Assembly: GCA_050084985.1 (NCBI GenBank)
Contig: JBITNC010000001.1
Coordinates: 205,406,001-205,470,000 of the forward strand
Direction: 5' to 3'
Source of the DNA: Nageia nagi
Taxonomy: Eukaryota; Plantae; Pinophyta
Length of the DNA: 64,000 bases
Shown: positions 63,201 to 64,000 of the stretch, in pieces
How positions within the stretch are numbered: the first letter of the stretch is position 1
Layout of the letters: every line of letters starts with the position of its first letter
The notes under the pieces: generated by a model
What the model was told of the DNA's origin: nothing
Seen by the model: the letters and a program-made list of their open reading frames with translations, nothing else
The model's database searches: none
Translations under genes and position numbers: made by a program

Positions 63201-63482
63201 AGAATCCCAATAGGTCTGTAATTAATTTGTGGGTCTAGCATACAAGGTACTCCTGAAACCCATTAGTACCACATACCGGGTACTCGTATTTGCATACCAG
63301 CATACCGCCGTACCATGTGATCTAGTTGTGAGTTAACCACCCCAAGCACATTCTTACCTGAGCCACTCCCTCGACAAAAGAACACCTTTGATAGGTAAAG
63401 TCCTTTCAAGTGGAGGTAAGTAACGCTACCTCACTCATCTTGGTGTTGTTTCCCACAGGGAGGAAACAAACTCACGTCAACA
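57241..63482 (+). mobile_element. Element F: TGTTG...CAACA single-ORF unit (6.2 kb)
   Basis: Starts TGTTGATGCCTCAACA and ends GGAAACAAACTCACGTCAACA. Flanks CTCAG (57236-57240) and CTCAT (63483-63487) form a 4/5 TSD. Confidence 0.82.
59190..62150 (+). pseudogene. Decayed extra-ORF gene of element F
   Basis: TTLIPFVVPFPKL, HADYFLEGPAHTYIRVYGSEVRPYLLPR, MEFCRQL, and an open 397-aa coiled-coil C-terminal segment (60957-62150). Confidence 0.8.
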
Positions 63483-64000
63483 CTCATAAGTCTCAAAAAA
63501 TGACTAAGTGTTCGAGGAGTACCAAGGTGGTACCCAAGTCTCACTTTTCAAAGGATGCCATCTAGGTTGATATAATTATTATTTTATTGATTGACCAAAG
63601 GCGATTTAATAGTCAATATTCTTTTATTTGAGATAACTAATTTATATTTATTTTTAAAATGTTATGTATTAAAGTTAAATTTTAACTTTAGCATTTTAAA
63701 ATTAAAATAAAAAAAGGCACTAGAGAGACTTAGCGGAATAATAATCAAAATTTAAAAAAAAAATTAAAATGTCTATAGGAAAAAAAAGAAATAAGGTTCC
63801 AACATTAGAAATGTGTAAAAATTAAATTAAATGATTTAATAACCCTTTGCATACCCACAAGTCAAAAATAAATAAATAGAAAGTGCTTAGTCATCTTGAG
63901 GAGAGAAATATTTCCTAAAACCTTAAGTGTTGATTTCTTTCTAAATAAAGGGAGATAAGGACGAATTGTTTAAAAAGACAAATACATGACTTCCAAAATC

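Larger units (their letters stand above)
57067..63560 (+). mobile_element. Element E: 5' part of another family member (57067-57240, resuming at 63483), host of element F; 3' end not seen
   Basis: TGTTGTGACTAACACAACACACCCCAAAATCC start, similar to D. Sequence after F (aagtctcaaaaaatgactaagtgtt) continues the D-like pattern. Confidence 0.65.

Overview
This is AT-rich, repeat-dominated plant nuclear DNA; the architecture looks gymnosperm-like, which is an inference. The only recognisable host gene is a block of four minus-strand exons (49476-50159) of the chloroplast senescence-associated protein AAF/OSA15. The rest is layered mobile DNA: a decayed chromodomain Ty3/gypsy element (18241-33013), hAT remnants, a hAT MITE with an 8-bp TSD, a decayed LINE and gypsy fragments. 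Two linked things stand out. (1) A very young LTR element (22433-31052; perfect CTCCT TSD; LTRs differing at only two sites seen by eye) carries an intact gag and an intact 1172-aa extra ORF but no pol. It has two tandem tRNA-Arg PBS-like motifs, and an inverted copy of one of them sits where the PPT should be. (2) Six related units (A-F) start TGTTG and lack internal LTR duplication and gag/pol; five have a visible CAACA-type 3' end and four have perfect or 4/5 5-bp TSDs. The four full-size units (6-7 kb) each carry one decayed homolog of the same extra ORF. The units share a 5' terminal hairpin, subfamily-specific palindrome arrays and a covarying 3' stem-loop. They look like giant gene-containing solo LTRs, or LTR-less integrase passengers. 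All homology calls were made by eye; no database search was run.
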